Below are positions 1 to 11,414 of a DNA stretch of 64,000 nt, one piece after another. The notes under the pieces were generated by a model. It was not told where the DNA came from. It searched no databases and worked only from the letters and a program-made list of their open reading frames with translations. The stretch comes from Fistulifera solaris (lineage: Eukaryota): the NCBI GenBank assembly GCA_030295235.1, contig AP026128.1:1178001-1242000 (forward strand), given 5' to 3'. The first letter of the stretch is position 1. Each line of letters begins with the position of its first letter. The position numbers and the translations under genes are program-made.

Positions 1-682
1 ATACAATGGATTGTTTTTGGGTTTTTGACTTGTCTTCATGTATGGGCCAACTACCGGGCTGTTCGAGGTTTGAAATTACGCTCATTGAATCGACAACGCG
101 CTGAGTGTGTATTGAGACCTCTTGTTAAGCGATTGTGTAATGATCAACCGGTGCCAGAAAAACGAAAATCCGTCATGAAAATACTAGATTTGATCGTTGG
201 ACCACAGGATGTGCAAGAGTCACTTGCAGTGTCCACCTATCACATGCTTTGGCCTTCTCGATGGAGCAAACTGATACTTGGATGCCCTTTAACGCAGCTA
301 CTTGCTACTGACATCGGGACGGGACAGGCGAAAGACGTTCTTGAGTTATTTCGAGACAATGATTACGTGCTGTGGCCATCACGGAATGGACAAATTTTAG
401 TAACTCTTCTTGCCCAAGCGTGCCGTGAAACAGAGATCAGAGCCTTTTTCACGCATTACTAATTCGAGAAATACTGCCGGTTCCTGCAGCTAGTGGAGAT
501 ACGTTTTTGATATTGTAAAGCGCACATATATGTGGGTTCAATGGTTCTTTGACATAAAAGACGATGAGAGCGAAGTCACCTTGTACAGTAGGCTGCAAGA
601 AAAAGGATGGGACATCCAGGAGCGCGTTTATATCGGCTTTACAAAATCTCGATCTTCGTGGATGAACACGAAATCCGAATAA
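1..682 (+). CDS. RUS1/DUF647 (root UV-B sensitive) family protein, 3' part only
   Basis: Frame is open from base 1: IQWIVFGFLTCLHVWANYRAVRGLKLRSLNRQRA matches the RUS1 LH.yANYrAVr...tLN..R motif. Adding one T in each of two T-runs (~445, ~504) gives RAFFHALL...LQEKGWDIQERVYIGF..RSSW, ending at TAA 680-682. Confidence 0.75.
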
Positions 683-1463
683 CAAAGTAATCCTTTTCTG
701 AATTAGTTGCGAATCAGCCCGTCATACAAGTAGAAACTATTGTTTTCACTAAAGTACTATTCAGCTGTTGCGGATTATGGATTTAAGACCCTATTTTTGA
801 TAAAGATCCTCTAGAAAAATCATCTTCTTGCCTACCTTTCACGGGACTGGAATTGTTTGTTTATTCATTCCCGAGGAAGAAATAAGGATGCTTTTCGACG
901 CAAATAGTTGCGTTTCGAATGAAGATGATCGTTACTCCGTAGTTCATATCATTATATTTTCATGGTATTTCATTACACACATAGCGCTTTTGTTTGTGGA
1001 CAACTTTGGTGCTCTCATTGCTTCGGTGTCGTTTCAAGTGACAGAAATTGAGTCGCGATCGCGTACAACCAACACTTTATCATCATAGTGAAACTGGCTG
1101 TCGACTATACGGATGCTTTCCGACGCAAATAAATAGCTGCGTTTCGAATGAAGATGATAGTTAGTTCATATATTGGTATTTCCATGGCATTTGATTATAC
1201 AATTCGCGCTTCTGTTTGTGGAAAACTTTGTCAGCGTTTCAATAATATCGTGTCGGTGTGCGGTGGATTTCATCCATTGTACATTGGGTCAGTTGTGTTT
1301 CTCTAACTTGTATTAGGTCTAGGGTTTCGGTTCTCTTGTAGGGATACATAAGCATACCTAGTAAATAAAATTCTAGCCATTTTTTTTTATTTTTTTTTTA
1401 TTTAAAAAAAATTTAGTCGCGATCGCGTACAACCAACACTTTACCGTTATAGTGAAAATGGCC

Positions 1464-1615
1464 ATCCGGATCAATACCCACATTTTTTGTCCGTTGGAAA
1501 TATTTGTACTGTCCATGGCCACTGTTAAGGGCATGTAAAATACAAGCCGGCACTCGAAGGATCACGTGAATAGTACACGCAACGAGCAAAAAAAAATGTG
1601 GGTATTGATCCGGAT
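1464..1615. repeat. fold-back cassette with 25-bp inverted repeats
   Basis: ATCCGGATCAATACCCACATTTTTT (1464-1488) and its exact reverse complement AAAAAATGTGGGTATTGATCCGGAT (1591-1615). Confidence 0.9.
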
Positions 1616-1640
1616 CCAACTAGCCATTTTTGATCGTGAC

Positions 1641-1723
1641 CGGAAAGGACGTTAAAATTCTGCCTGTCAGTACAAGTTTCTACGTAGATCCTACGGCGAG
1701 GCACAATTTTAACGTCGTTTCCC
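1641..1723. repeat. 83-bp hairpin element, dispersed copy 1
   Basis: GACGTTAAAATTCTGCCT...AGGCACAATTTTAACGTC stem. Its reverse complement matches 20021-20103 with 4 mismatches by manual alignment. Confidence 0.9.
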
Positions 1724-2854
1724 AATTTAGTCGCGATCGCGTACAACCAACACTTTACCACAATAGTGAAAAATGGCAGTCGACAATACGGATGCTTTTC
1801 GACGCCAATAGTTGGGTTTCGAATGAAGATTTTAGTTAGCATATATATAGGTTTTTCCATGGCATTTAATTACACACTTTGCGCTTTTGTTGGTGGACCA
1901 CTTTGGTGCTTTCATTGCTTCGGTGGCGTTTCAAGTGACTGAAATTTAGTCGCGATCGCGTACAACCTTCACTTTACCACCATAGTGAAAATTGCAGTCG
2001 ACGACACGGATGCTTTTCGAAGCAAATAGTTGCGTTTCGAATGAAGATTTTAGTTAGCATATATATTGGTATTTTCATGGCATTTGATTATACACTTTGC
2101 GCTTTTGTTTGAGGACCACTTTGGTGCTCTCATTGCTTCGGTGGCGTTTCAAGTGACTGAAATTCAGTCGTGATCCCGTACAACATTCACTTTACCACCA
2201 TAGTGAAATGGCAGTCGACGACACGGATGCTTTCCGACGCAAATAGTTGCGTTTCGAATGAAGATTTTAGTTAGATTATATATTGGTATTTTCATGGCAT
2301 TTGATTATACACTTTGCGCTTTTGTTTGAGGACCACTTTGGTGCTCTCATTGCTTCGGTGGCTTTTCAAGTGACTGAAATTCAGTCGTGATCCCGTACAA
2401 CCTTCACTTTACCACCATAGTGAAAATTGCAGTCGACGATACAGATGCTTTCCGACGCAAGGCGTTTCGAATGAAGATTTTAGTTAGATTATATCTTGGT
2501 ATTTTCATGGCATTTGATTATACACTTTGCGCTTTTGTTTGAGGACCACTTTGGTGCTCTCATCATGCTCCCATGGCTTCGGTGGCGTTTCAAGTGACTG
2601 AAATTTAGTCGCGATCGCGTACAACCCACACTTTACCGTTATAGTGAAAATGGCAGTAAATACAATAAGTAAATACTGTAGTTGAGTTTCGAATGCCATA
2701 GCACCAATAAGATTAGCGTTCTTTTTTGCCCTCGCGTTTGGCCCGCCGCGCCCGTTGGAGTGTTCACGTCAAAAAATTCGCGGAACTGTTTTGTTGTGAC
2801 ATCGCTGACATCCTCAGCAAATAAGTGGTGTTTTTTCGTTACTTCTCATCAGAA

Positions 2855-4048
2855 ATGACGGATCCGATTAACAGAAGCAGTATGAAGCACTCCGCAAATG
2901 TTCCAAGAAACGAGGCACGAAAACGGCGGCGTCAGATTCGCCACGTCGACATTTTCAAAGCAATTTCGGAGATTCCTGATAATTGTTCGTTAGCGCCTCG
3001 TCAAGGAGGGTTCGGCAGCGCAAATGGCAGCTTCACATTTCGTCTTACTCATCAAGAAAGCGGCTATGCTGCTAGAACTCCCGGAGAAGAAAAGATTCTT
3101 ATTTTCCGGTCCGACCGTCCTGGGGCAATCGCCAAGATCGTTTTCTCGTCCCTTCTGTCGAATTGCTTCAGCGATACCGAGCATACAATTGAGGCCAAGA
3201 TAAGCTGCCTACATGTAAAAGAACAATATCGAGGATACGACCTTGGTGGATTGCTCTTTCGCAAGGCCATAGCAACAATACAATCTCGGTATGGGAAGAA
3301 ATACACATCGAGCGACGACGAGGATTTCACGCATCATGAAACACCCTTACGAAGCACCCAGCACCCAGCAATTATCAAGTGCTACATTGACGCGGAGGAA
3401 GATGATGACCGCCACAATAAACTAGTCCGATTTTACGAGAGACTGGGCTGCTTTGTCAAAACGGGGGCGAAGATTCAATATCTTAGTGGGTCCGATGGTC
3501 GAACGTACCGGAAGGTCCCGATGCAAATAGACCTCGAAGCACAATGCTTTATGAAAGATTCATTATCAGATTACTCCCTGATGTCCACGTTTCTTCCTGT
3601 TCTTCTTTACTTCAATGAAAGGCGGCTTGTCTCCGTAACGACGACCAGAGACCCTGTGCGCTGGTTGTTGGTACAAAATGACAAGGGCGATATTCAGCTT
3701 ATTACTACGTCCGGTTCCTATTTAGTTTCTCGAAAGGACGGTCACTCTAACGAAGGATTATCGCTGGAGAGCAGTGATCATGTCGTCGACATGCAATCGG
3801 CGCTTGCGTTCGAATGCGACACACTACGAAATTATGCTTCGCAATCTGATTATTGGACGATACGATTCGTATCAACAGGATTGTATCTCTCCGTGGACTT
3901 GGCTAGTGGCAATTTAATCTGTTTGAAGGAACCCTCTTACTGGCGCGCAGGTGAACAGGAATTGAGTCTTACTTGGATGAGTAATTACTATAATGAACCG
4001 TGCCTCGTCGATTCAGATTCAGACTGTCAGGGTCCACCTCGGGAATAG
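2855..4048 (+). CDS. GNAT-family acetyltransferase with a C-terminal beta-rich domain
   Basis: ISCLHVKEQYRGYDLGGLLF (acetyl-CoA binding motif A) and NKLVRFYERLG (motif B). ORF is intact; the ATG at 2855 is assumed as the start. Confidence 0.7.
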   Translation: MTDPINRSSMKHSANVPRNEARKRRRQIRHVDIFKAISEIPDNCSLAPRQGGFGSANGSFTFRLTHQESGYAARTPGEEKILIFRSDRPGAIAKIVFSSLLSNCFSDTEHTIEAKISCLHVKEQYRGYDLGGLLFRKAIATIQSRYGKKYTSSDDEDFTHHETPLRSTQHPAIIKCYIDAEEDDDRHNKLVRFYERLGCFVKTGAKIQYLSGSDGRTYRKVPMQIDLEAQCFMKDSLSDYSLMSTFLPVLLYFNERRLVSVTTTRDPVRWLLVQNDKGDIQLITTSGSYLVSRKDGHSNEGLSLESSDHVVDMQSALAFECDTLRNYASQSDYWTIRFVSTGLYLSVDLASGNLICLKEPSYWRAGEQELSLTWMSNYYNEPCLVDSDSDCQGPPRE

Positions 4049-4146
4049 CTACGGTTTAAAAGAACTATTACAATACTGTCAAAACATTACTGTTTGCTAC
4101 GTGTCCTTTAAACTTGCATAACTAAGAACAAGGAGCGCGTGTCTAT

Positions 4147-6020
4147 CTAATCAACTCGACGCTTCTTGCTGGCTTTCTCCGCGTTAGATACTTTCTCCAA
4201 TTCTTCAAGAGTGCTTTCGAATCTGTGTTCGAGACTCATGTGATTCTCTGGCGCTAGTCCCAGACAAGCACGCAAAACGTTTGTGATAGCCTGGCGCTGT
4301 GCAAATAAAGCATTTACAACCGGTGCACCATTCGGAACTAACGGGGCCTTCAACATGTAAGATAGCATAGACAGAACTGGGTGAAATGCTTCCCATGGTT
4401 CCGTGCCTTCCTTCCTCATGGTGATACGTTCACATAACTCACCAAGAATCACAAGATCATAAATCAATGGAGTGGCGAGAAGGGAGTCTTCGCAAGTGTT
4501 GTGCATGACAATCGTGTTCTTCCCTCCCATAAAAATCTCTGAGGTGTATTCATCCATGGCTCGCTTCGAATCAGCAACGTGAGGCACATATTTGATCACC
4601 ACAACGTGGTCGGGATGTTCGTCTTTCTCAAAGAGAATGTTGTTTGATGCCACCATGTCATCGACCACATTCGATTTGGAGATTTCCTTTGAACGAAATT
4701 GATTCGGCGCGCTCAAGTTCTTGCCGTCGTTGTTGCCTAAATGGTTGTAGCTGACGATCGACACCGGCTTGATTCCGGCAGAAACGAGAAAGTCCACGAG
4801 TACACTCTTCATCTTCGTTTGCCCGCTCTTAAAGTCGTCGCCCGCAAGGAAGACCCGTTGCTGACGAGCGAGTTCGACGACTCCCGGAACAAATGTGTTC
4901 TGTGGAGATCCATTGATGAATGTGCATCCTTCCAAAATAGAAGCCACGGCGAAAACAGTAGATGCGCTAATCTCCGGTTCATTGCGCTTGATACTATTGA
5001 GTACGCTCGTCGCACGGTCGTTCACTCCTTCTTCGACGCTGGCAAAACGCTCCGTGTTGGCCGTCCATAGAATAATGACCTTGTCCAAGTTGTTCGTTGC
5101 TTTGAAATCTCGAATATCTTTACGTAATTGTTCCATTTGTTCTTGTTTGGTTCCAGTGAGAACATTATTCGCGCGCTCATTTTGATTGGAAGCAATGAAA
5201 TCTGGGAAATACACCGACGGCAAAGGAACAATGTCCTTCATGTGAGGATACAGTTGTTGCTGCAAGTCGTAATCGAGTACCTTGGCACGCTTCATCGCGT
5301 CCCCCAAGTTCATGTTGTTGATATCCCATCCGCCCCACACAATGTCATTGGGATGAACCATGGGAAGCATGTTCGATATGGGTGTGTGAACCGCGTTTCC
5401 CACAGCGTCGTTGCCCAACTTGACCGTCGACGCCAACATGACACTGCCCCAGTAATTAGCTTTCTTTTCTCCTTCCTTTGTTTGCCAAGTCACTTTGAGT
5501 TTATTCGCTATTGCACCAGCAATGCATGTACTGTGAAAAACAAGTAACGATAGTATTGTATTCAGGCGTGAGTCAAAGGAATGCTAGGTAAATGTTGTCG
5601 TCAATTCACTTCCTTGTTCTTCTTACCATCCGTTGTTTCCTCCCATTCCCACCAACATGACTCCGAGCTAAAGTAAAGAGCATGAAAAGATGAGACAGCT
5701 TGTCAAGATGGTTTAAACAAAGCTCTCTTGTTTCTTAGCAGTCCTTACCTTGGGGACTTTTCGTTCTGTACGAAACTGCAATTTCGTTTCTACCGGTCGT
5801 ACAACATTGCCTTCGACAAGAGTTGTCTCATAGCTGCAGTATCGCATTGAAAGAAGAGAATGTTGAACAGTCGATAATATCAGCATTTGATGTGTAAAAG
5901 AACGAATGCAAAATGCTGCAACATGACTTACTTGAAATTCGCAATAATAGCATCCGATTTATACTGACATTTACTCGATTGCACCGTAAATTGCTGATTC
6001 AGATTCGTGCAGCCCGACAT
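4147..6020 (-). CDS. INO1: myo-inositol-1-phosphate synthase (4 exons)
   Basis: Motifs [38 protein letters not shown] and [14 protein letters not shown] introns at ~5931-5834, ~5748-5669 and ~5627-5531 join upstream exons in frame to ATG 6020. Confidence 0.97.
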
Positions 6021-6350
6021 TCTTTCTAATCAAGTTTCTAAAAATAACAAGCACAGATAGGAAAACAAGTATTGTCTTCTCTATTATTCGCTACGAGAAT
6101 TACAGTCGGATCGGAAGGGTAAAGCACTTTTCTCTTTACAACAAAACAAAGCAACAAAAATGACGACGGCAAATGGCCATTCTGCTCCACGAACAAGGCC
6201 ACGAACCACTCGTCTTGTCAATCGTACCGGTATGTTGTACTCTCTGTGGCACTCACCACTTGTCGCATCTGTTTTCCAGCTCGTGATTCAATAAACGCGA
6301 ATGACCAGCTCGCGAGCGAACCTACACATCATAGCAGTCACGTGTTAGTC

Positions 6351-9300
6351 ATGCTGCGACGTTTGGATCCTCCAACATTGGACGCTCGTACGTCGTACGA
6401 AACACCGGGTCCTTTTCTCCGCCTCGTTTCTTTTTGGCTTCGATCTATTGTATCTTTGCAATGATATTTTGCGCACCTCTTGTTTGCATTCTCTTCTATT
6501 TTTCGATATTAAAAAACGTTCGCCTACAATTTACGACTGCGCAAAATCAATTACAATTTTCAACAAGTCTTTATTCAACATGCAAATTCGCGCTCGAAAT
6601 GAATCATTGTCGTGGCCAGATTTTCGCCGAAGAACGGCGGCAGAAATGAGTCTCGAAGAGAAAATTGCGCAAATGGCGCAAATTGACATCAATATGTTGA
6701 TTCGCGATGACGGAAACGGCGGAAAGGAGTTAAATCCAGATGCCGTCGAAGAATGGATCGGTAGAAAAGGGGTGGGGTCGGTTCTGAACGTCGTGATTAA
6801 TGGATTCTGGAACGCTTCGCAGTACCGACAAGCCGTCATTGACATTCAAAAAGTCGCGAAGCAATATCATCGTCCGCCCGTGATTTGGGGAATTGATACG
6901 GTACACGGAGCCAATTACATTCGAGGTGCCGTGGTGACACCACAGGCTATCAATTTGGCGGCTACCTTCAATCGAACGGCGGCCTATCAAGCCGGAAAGC
7001 TCGGAAGTCGTGATACGCGTGCCGGAGGGATGCCCTGGTTGTTCTCTCCCCTATTGGGACTTTCTTTGGAGTCCCGATGGGGACGTGTTTATGAAACATT
7101 CGGAGAAGATCCGCATTTAGTTGGAGAAATGGCGTCTGCCATGATTCATGGGATTCAGGAAACGACCGGTGTGGGCATTCCTTCGAGAGCGGCTGCGTGT
7201 GGCAAGCATTTCGTCGGATATTCACAGTCACACAATGGACACGATCGCTCTCCCAGTGCTATTCCTCGACGTCACTTGTATCAATATTATGTCCCGCCTT
7301 GGATAACTGCCATTTCAAAGGCAAAAGTTATGACGATTATGGAAAGTTACGTGGAATACGATGGAGTTCCGAATGTGGCCAATCACGAATCACTGGTTTA
7401 CTTGTTACGAAATCGCCTGGGATTCAAAGGAATGTTGGTCACAGATTATAGAGAAATCAAGAATTTAGAGGAATGGCATCACGTGGCGAAAGATTACAAA
7501 GACGCTGTACAAAAAACGCTGGGGCTCGGCAGCGTTGACATGAATATGGTTCCTGCCGATTACGACGAGTTTCAAAAAGGTATACAAGAAGGAATTGCTT
7601 CGCACATTTTAACTGAGGATCGTATTACCGTCAGTGCGGATCGTATCATCAAGCTGAAACAAGATCTCGGCATGTACGATGAAGAAGTCACCATGGATGA
7701 TGACAACCTACCACTTGTTGGAACGGACGTCGATGATGTTTATGAGACGGTGGTTCAATCGATCGTCCTTGCGAAAAACAATAACGCCACTCTTCCACTG
7801 AACATTACAAGATTAGGTAAATCAAAGCGGATGAAAGTACTTGTCACCGGTCCCACATCGTCTTCGCGAATTTATCCGACGGGAGGATGGACTGGTGAGT
7901 GGCAAGGGAGTTCCGATAGAGGAGGAAGTTAATTGGTTCTTTTATGGTAACTCGTTGCTCGAAGCATTTCAATCGGAATCGTCGTTGGATGTAACCTTTC
8001 GATGCGGAGTCAGTATTCTAGGTGACACTTGCGAAGATAAGAATGTCAGTACAAGCCTGTGGACTGAGGCGGAGAATGAGGTGAAAGACTGGATAGGAGT
8101 CAACGAAGGCATAGAATCGATACAAAGAGCCGCGGAAGCGGCCTCTGTCTCAGACATTATTATTGTTGCTTTGGGTGAAGAGCCATATGCGGAGAAGCCA
8201 GCTGATATCCGATCACTTGATTTACCTGCTGGGCAGTATAGTCTTGTCAAGCAACTTTGTGAAAGTTCCCCTCAAGTAAAAATTGTTCTTGTTTATTATG
8301 GAGGCCGACCTCGCTTGTTGCGTCCAGTGGTCGAATTGGTTGACGCGGTGCTGCTTGGCTTTCTCCCTGGACCTAGTGCCGCGCGAGCCGTCGTAGATAT
8401 CGTAACCGGTCGCGTAAACCCAAGTGGGCGTCTTCCAATTACCTACCCACTCTATGACGACGGAGGTGGTGTACCTTACTTCCGTGCTGTGTCAGATCAG
8501 TGCACGTTAGGAGAAGGTCTCTTGCCGCACTGGCAGTATGGACCATGTGAAGTTCAGTGGCCGTTTGGTCACGGACTGAGCTTTACAGAGTTCGAGTACA
8601 GTCAATTTCACGCAACTGGTGGAATCGATAGAGATCTTAACCTCTCCGTACTCATCAAGAATGTTGGAGACAGAGCTGGTGCGGAAACTGTGATGTTCTT
8701 TACGTTTGATGACTTTCGACCAACCACACCCGAGTACAAGCGATTGCGAGCATTTGAAAAGGTATTTCTGCACCCTGGTGAGGAAACAACAGTAAAGTTG
8801 ACCGTTCCTTTGGACAATCTACGATTTGTTGGATCTAGCGATGATAGTCACTATGTGATTGACCCTTCAATGACCTCTTGGGTTGGCGTAGGACACGACA
8901 CAGACTGCCGGTATGCGCGAGAAAATGACAGCGAACTTTGTATTCATCTCGCGGCGCAGAACCCTCGTGCAACCTACAGCGGTGCATGCGAAGCTGCTTG
9001 CAATGTATGGCGTGAAAGCAACTGCTCCGTAACTTTCGGGATGGCGGCGGATCGATGTGTTGATATGTGTTTTGACGGCGGACGCTACCTCTCAAAAAGA
9101 AGATGGCGGTCAAAACGAAGGTTGGGGTTGGAACTACGTAAAATGCATAGAATCTGTCGTTTACGGCTTTCAGAAGTCCGGATCAAAGGACCAATGCTGG
9201 CAGATGACATCTTTGTGCCGAGATATTTTTCACACCAGTAGCTTGTACGAGTCTGAATCAAGCTTGAGACATGATCGATTGCCATTTCAACAAGAAGGCG

Positions 9301-9464
9301 TACCCGAAGCCAACTACGTTGCTTTGGTAGTCGGATTGGTTGCCAGTACTGTCGTCTTTGTCTTGATTCGCGGAGGTTGGGACGGCTTAAAGAGGCGACG
9401 AAGAGAATCCGGGAACGCAGAGTTGGAATTTATGGCAGTTAATACACATGAAGTACCCGCCTAG
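6351..9464 (+). CDS. GH3 beta-glucosidase with Fn3-like domain, Cys-rich region and C-terminal TM helix (frameshifted)
   Basis: MSLEEKIAQM, RWGRVYETFGEDP, GKHFVGY, GFKGMLVTDY, NPSGRLPITYP, PFGHGLSFTEF and KRLRAFEKV. The ORF pieces join by single-base indels at ~7906 (GGG) and ~9070 (TTTT). The 5' end is uncertain, with further shifts. Confidence 0.92.
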
Positions 9465-9763
9465 GTAGAAAGATGTTATGTAGATGGACATTTATTGTAG
9501 CAACAAAATCAGAAGTCAGGCAGCCTCGAGCAATCAAAGCATTTGTACCGAAGAATAGAATAGTTCACATTGCATCTGGAGAATCAATGATAATAGTGCA
9601 TCGTCGAGCGCTCCTTGCCTCAAAACGACTAAATACGTGCTTTTTCGTGATTCTCTCAGACAGACCGAGTTCTACAAAACTCATTTTTAGCTGAATTTCA
9701 TGTTGTACAGTACTGCGTTGTAATCGCTCGAAATTGCACGGCGGGACAGCGGTAAAGTACTTA

Positions 9764-11043
9764 TCACCATGCTTCCTCACACGGGGGCGGTGGGAGAAAT
9801 ATTTCATCGAACAATGATATCGGAATTTGTTCAAAAATAGGTTCAAGAGGAGGTGGAAATACATCCTCCCAAATTTTCCAACGATCGGAGCAGCAATAAG
9901 CAGAACATTTCCTTTGAGCAGCCTCTACCAAATCGGATGTTCCTATCTTGTTTACAACATACTCACTCGTAATGCAGTCACAACCCACCAATACCAGCTG
10001 AATGTTGCCATTTTTGACGATTTCCAACATTTCGGAATCTGAGACACATCTGGACCTCTCCAAGTCTTTTGCCATCAGGACACCTTCATCTCCTGGAGTA
10101 CTCTGACTACAAACGACCTCAACACAATGGTGTAATTCTTGAACGCGTTTCAGAGTCGCTAACAAGGTCGACGAGCGACTGAACACGCCAATTACAAAGG
10201 ACTCCCCATTGTATTGTTGTACTTGTTCACTGATTCGACGCACAGCGAGTTCCACCGCTCGATTAGCTTCTCTATCCAGGGATGTCTGTATTTCAGTCAG
10301 CATCGCTGATAGCTTATGATCGGACGACTCCTCGAGTCGTTGTAGCACATTTGTGATGGGTACCATGCTGGGTCGCATCATTTTCATCATCGACGGCGAG
10401 CCCCCGTCCTTTACAGCTTGCAGCGCCCGTTTCGCGAGCGTTGCTGCACCATTGATTCGATCATTGGCCCAGACTTTTACATTCTCTGGCACGTTTTGCA
10501 CGTATTTTCCATTAGTAGCATGATGGAACGCAATCGCCAAAGCGGGTACCGTGGGAACTAATGTTTCCAGTTCGTCCAGAGTGATCCACTTCATTTCATC
10601 GTGCTCCGTTCCCCTAAGCTCTAATGATTGATAAACTGAAGCAGGGACCTCTACAACAAACGGGTAAACGCGAATAATGTCACCCGATTGAATGCGTGCG
10701 GAAGTGATTGAATGATCGTCCGACTGTAATGGCTCGGTGGATATAGGCCGACTGCTTCCGGTGTTGCTATCTTTGTGACGCCGGGTGTAAGGCACATCAA
10801 CATAGAGGCCTTGTCGAAATGGAAGCATCGATATTTGTTTATTTGTGTCGGATAAAATGATAAACAGGTTCGTCTCTTCTTCCAGTTCACGATGTGCCGT
10901 TTCCAGAGGTGTCTCATTCGGTTCGAGCGAGCCCGAGATGACAGCCCAATGATTTGGGAACGTAGGCATTGTACTCCGTCGATGAAATACTGCGACTTTT
11001 CTTTCTTCAAAAGAAAGAAACAGCTAATCACACGACGAATCAT
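9764..11043 (-). CDS. NUDIX hydrolase fused to an eIF2B-alpha/MtnA/R15P-isomerase-like (IF-2B) domain
   Basis: Nudix box GSLEPNETPLETAHRELEEETNL. C-terminal motifs MRPSMVPI, SRSST, STPGDEG, VLVGCDCI, NKIGT and PIFEQIP. ATG 11043 joins through an A-run indel at ~10998. Confidence 0.85.
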
Positions 11044-11414
11044 TGTGGGTGTCGAAATGATCATAGAAAGAAAATATCGTTTTGAGCGCCCGAGGCAAGC
11101 TGCGATGCAGAACTCCCTTTACCGTTGCCTTGCATCTACGTAAGTCAGTTCGCATTCTCTTTTCATACGCGACGATAAGCGCGATAAGATGTGTTTATTC
11201 TTCAAAATGCGGCCCGAACACGAAAAAACAAAAATGCCTATAGAAAACAAAAATGCCGAGTTCAGCCACAGTCCAGTTGGGGTTCGGGTTATAGCTAGCT
11301 AGGAATAGCGTCTGGTGTCTGGTCTTGTTTCTCAACAGGCATTATCTTAGCAAAAGAAAGCTGGCCTTACCGTTAGCAAGAATTCTTTCAAAATATTACA
11401 CCACAACCATCAAA

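Larger units (their letters stand above)
886..2657. repeat. ~218-bp tandem (satellite-like) repeat array, interrupted at ~1231-1410 and ~1463-1723
   Basis: Unit marker GTCGCGATCGCGTACAACC (or variant) occurs at ~1052, 1416, 1730, 1949, 2167, 2385 and 2608. Spacing in the uninterrupted part is ~218-222 bp, with high identity. Confidence 0.95.

Noticed and set aside
886..2657. CRISPR-like array or repeat-encoded peptides
   Set aside because: The whole unit repeats, with no unique spacers and no cas genes. The short ORFs are incidental to the repeat.
4741..5547. Long antisense ORFs over INO1 (also seen over the desaturase, CBA1 and 57750-58202)
   Set aside because: These are typical shadow frames of codon-biased genes.
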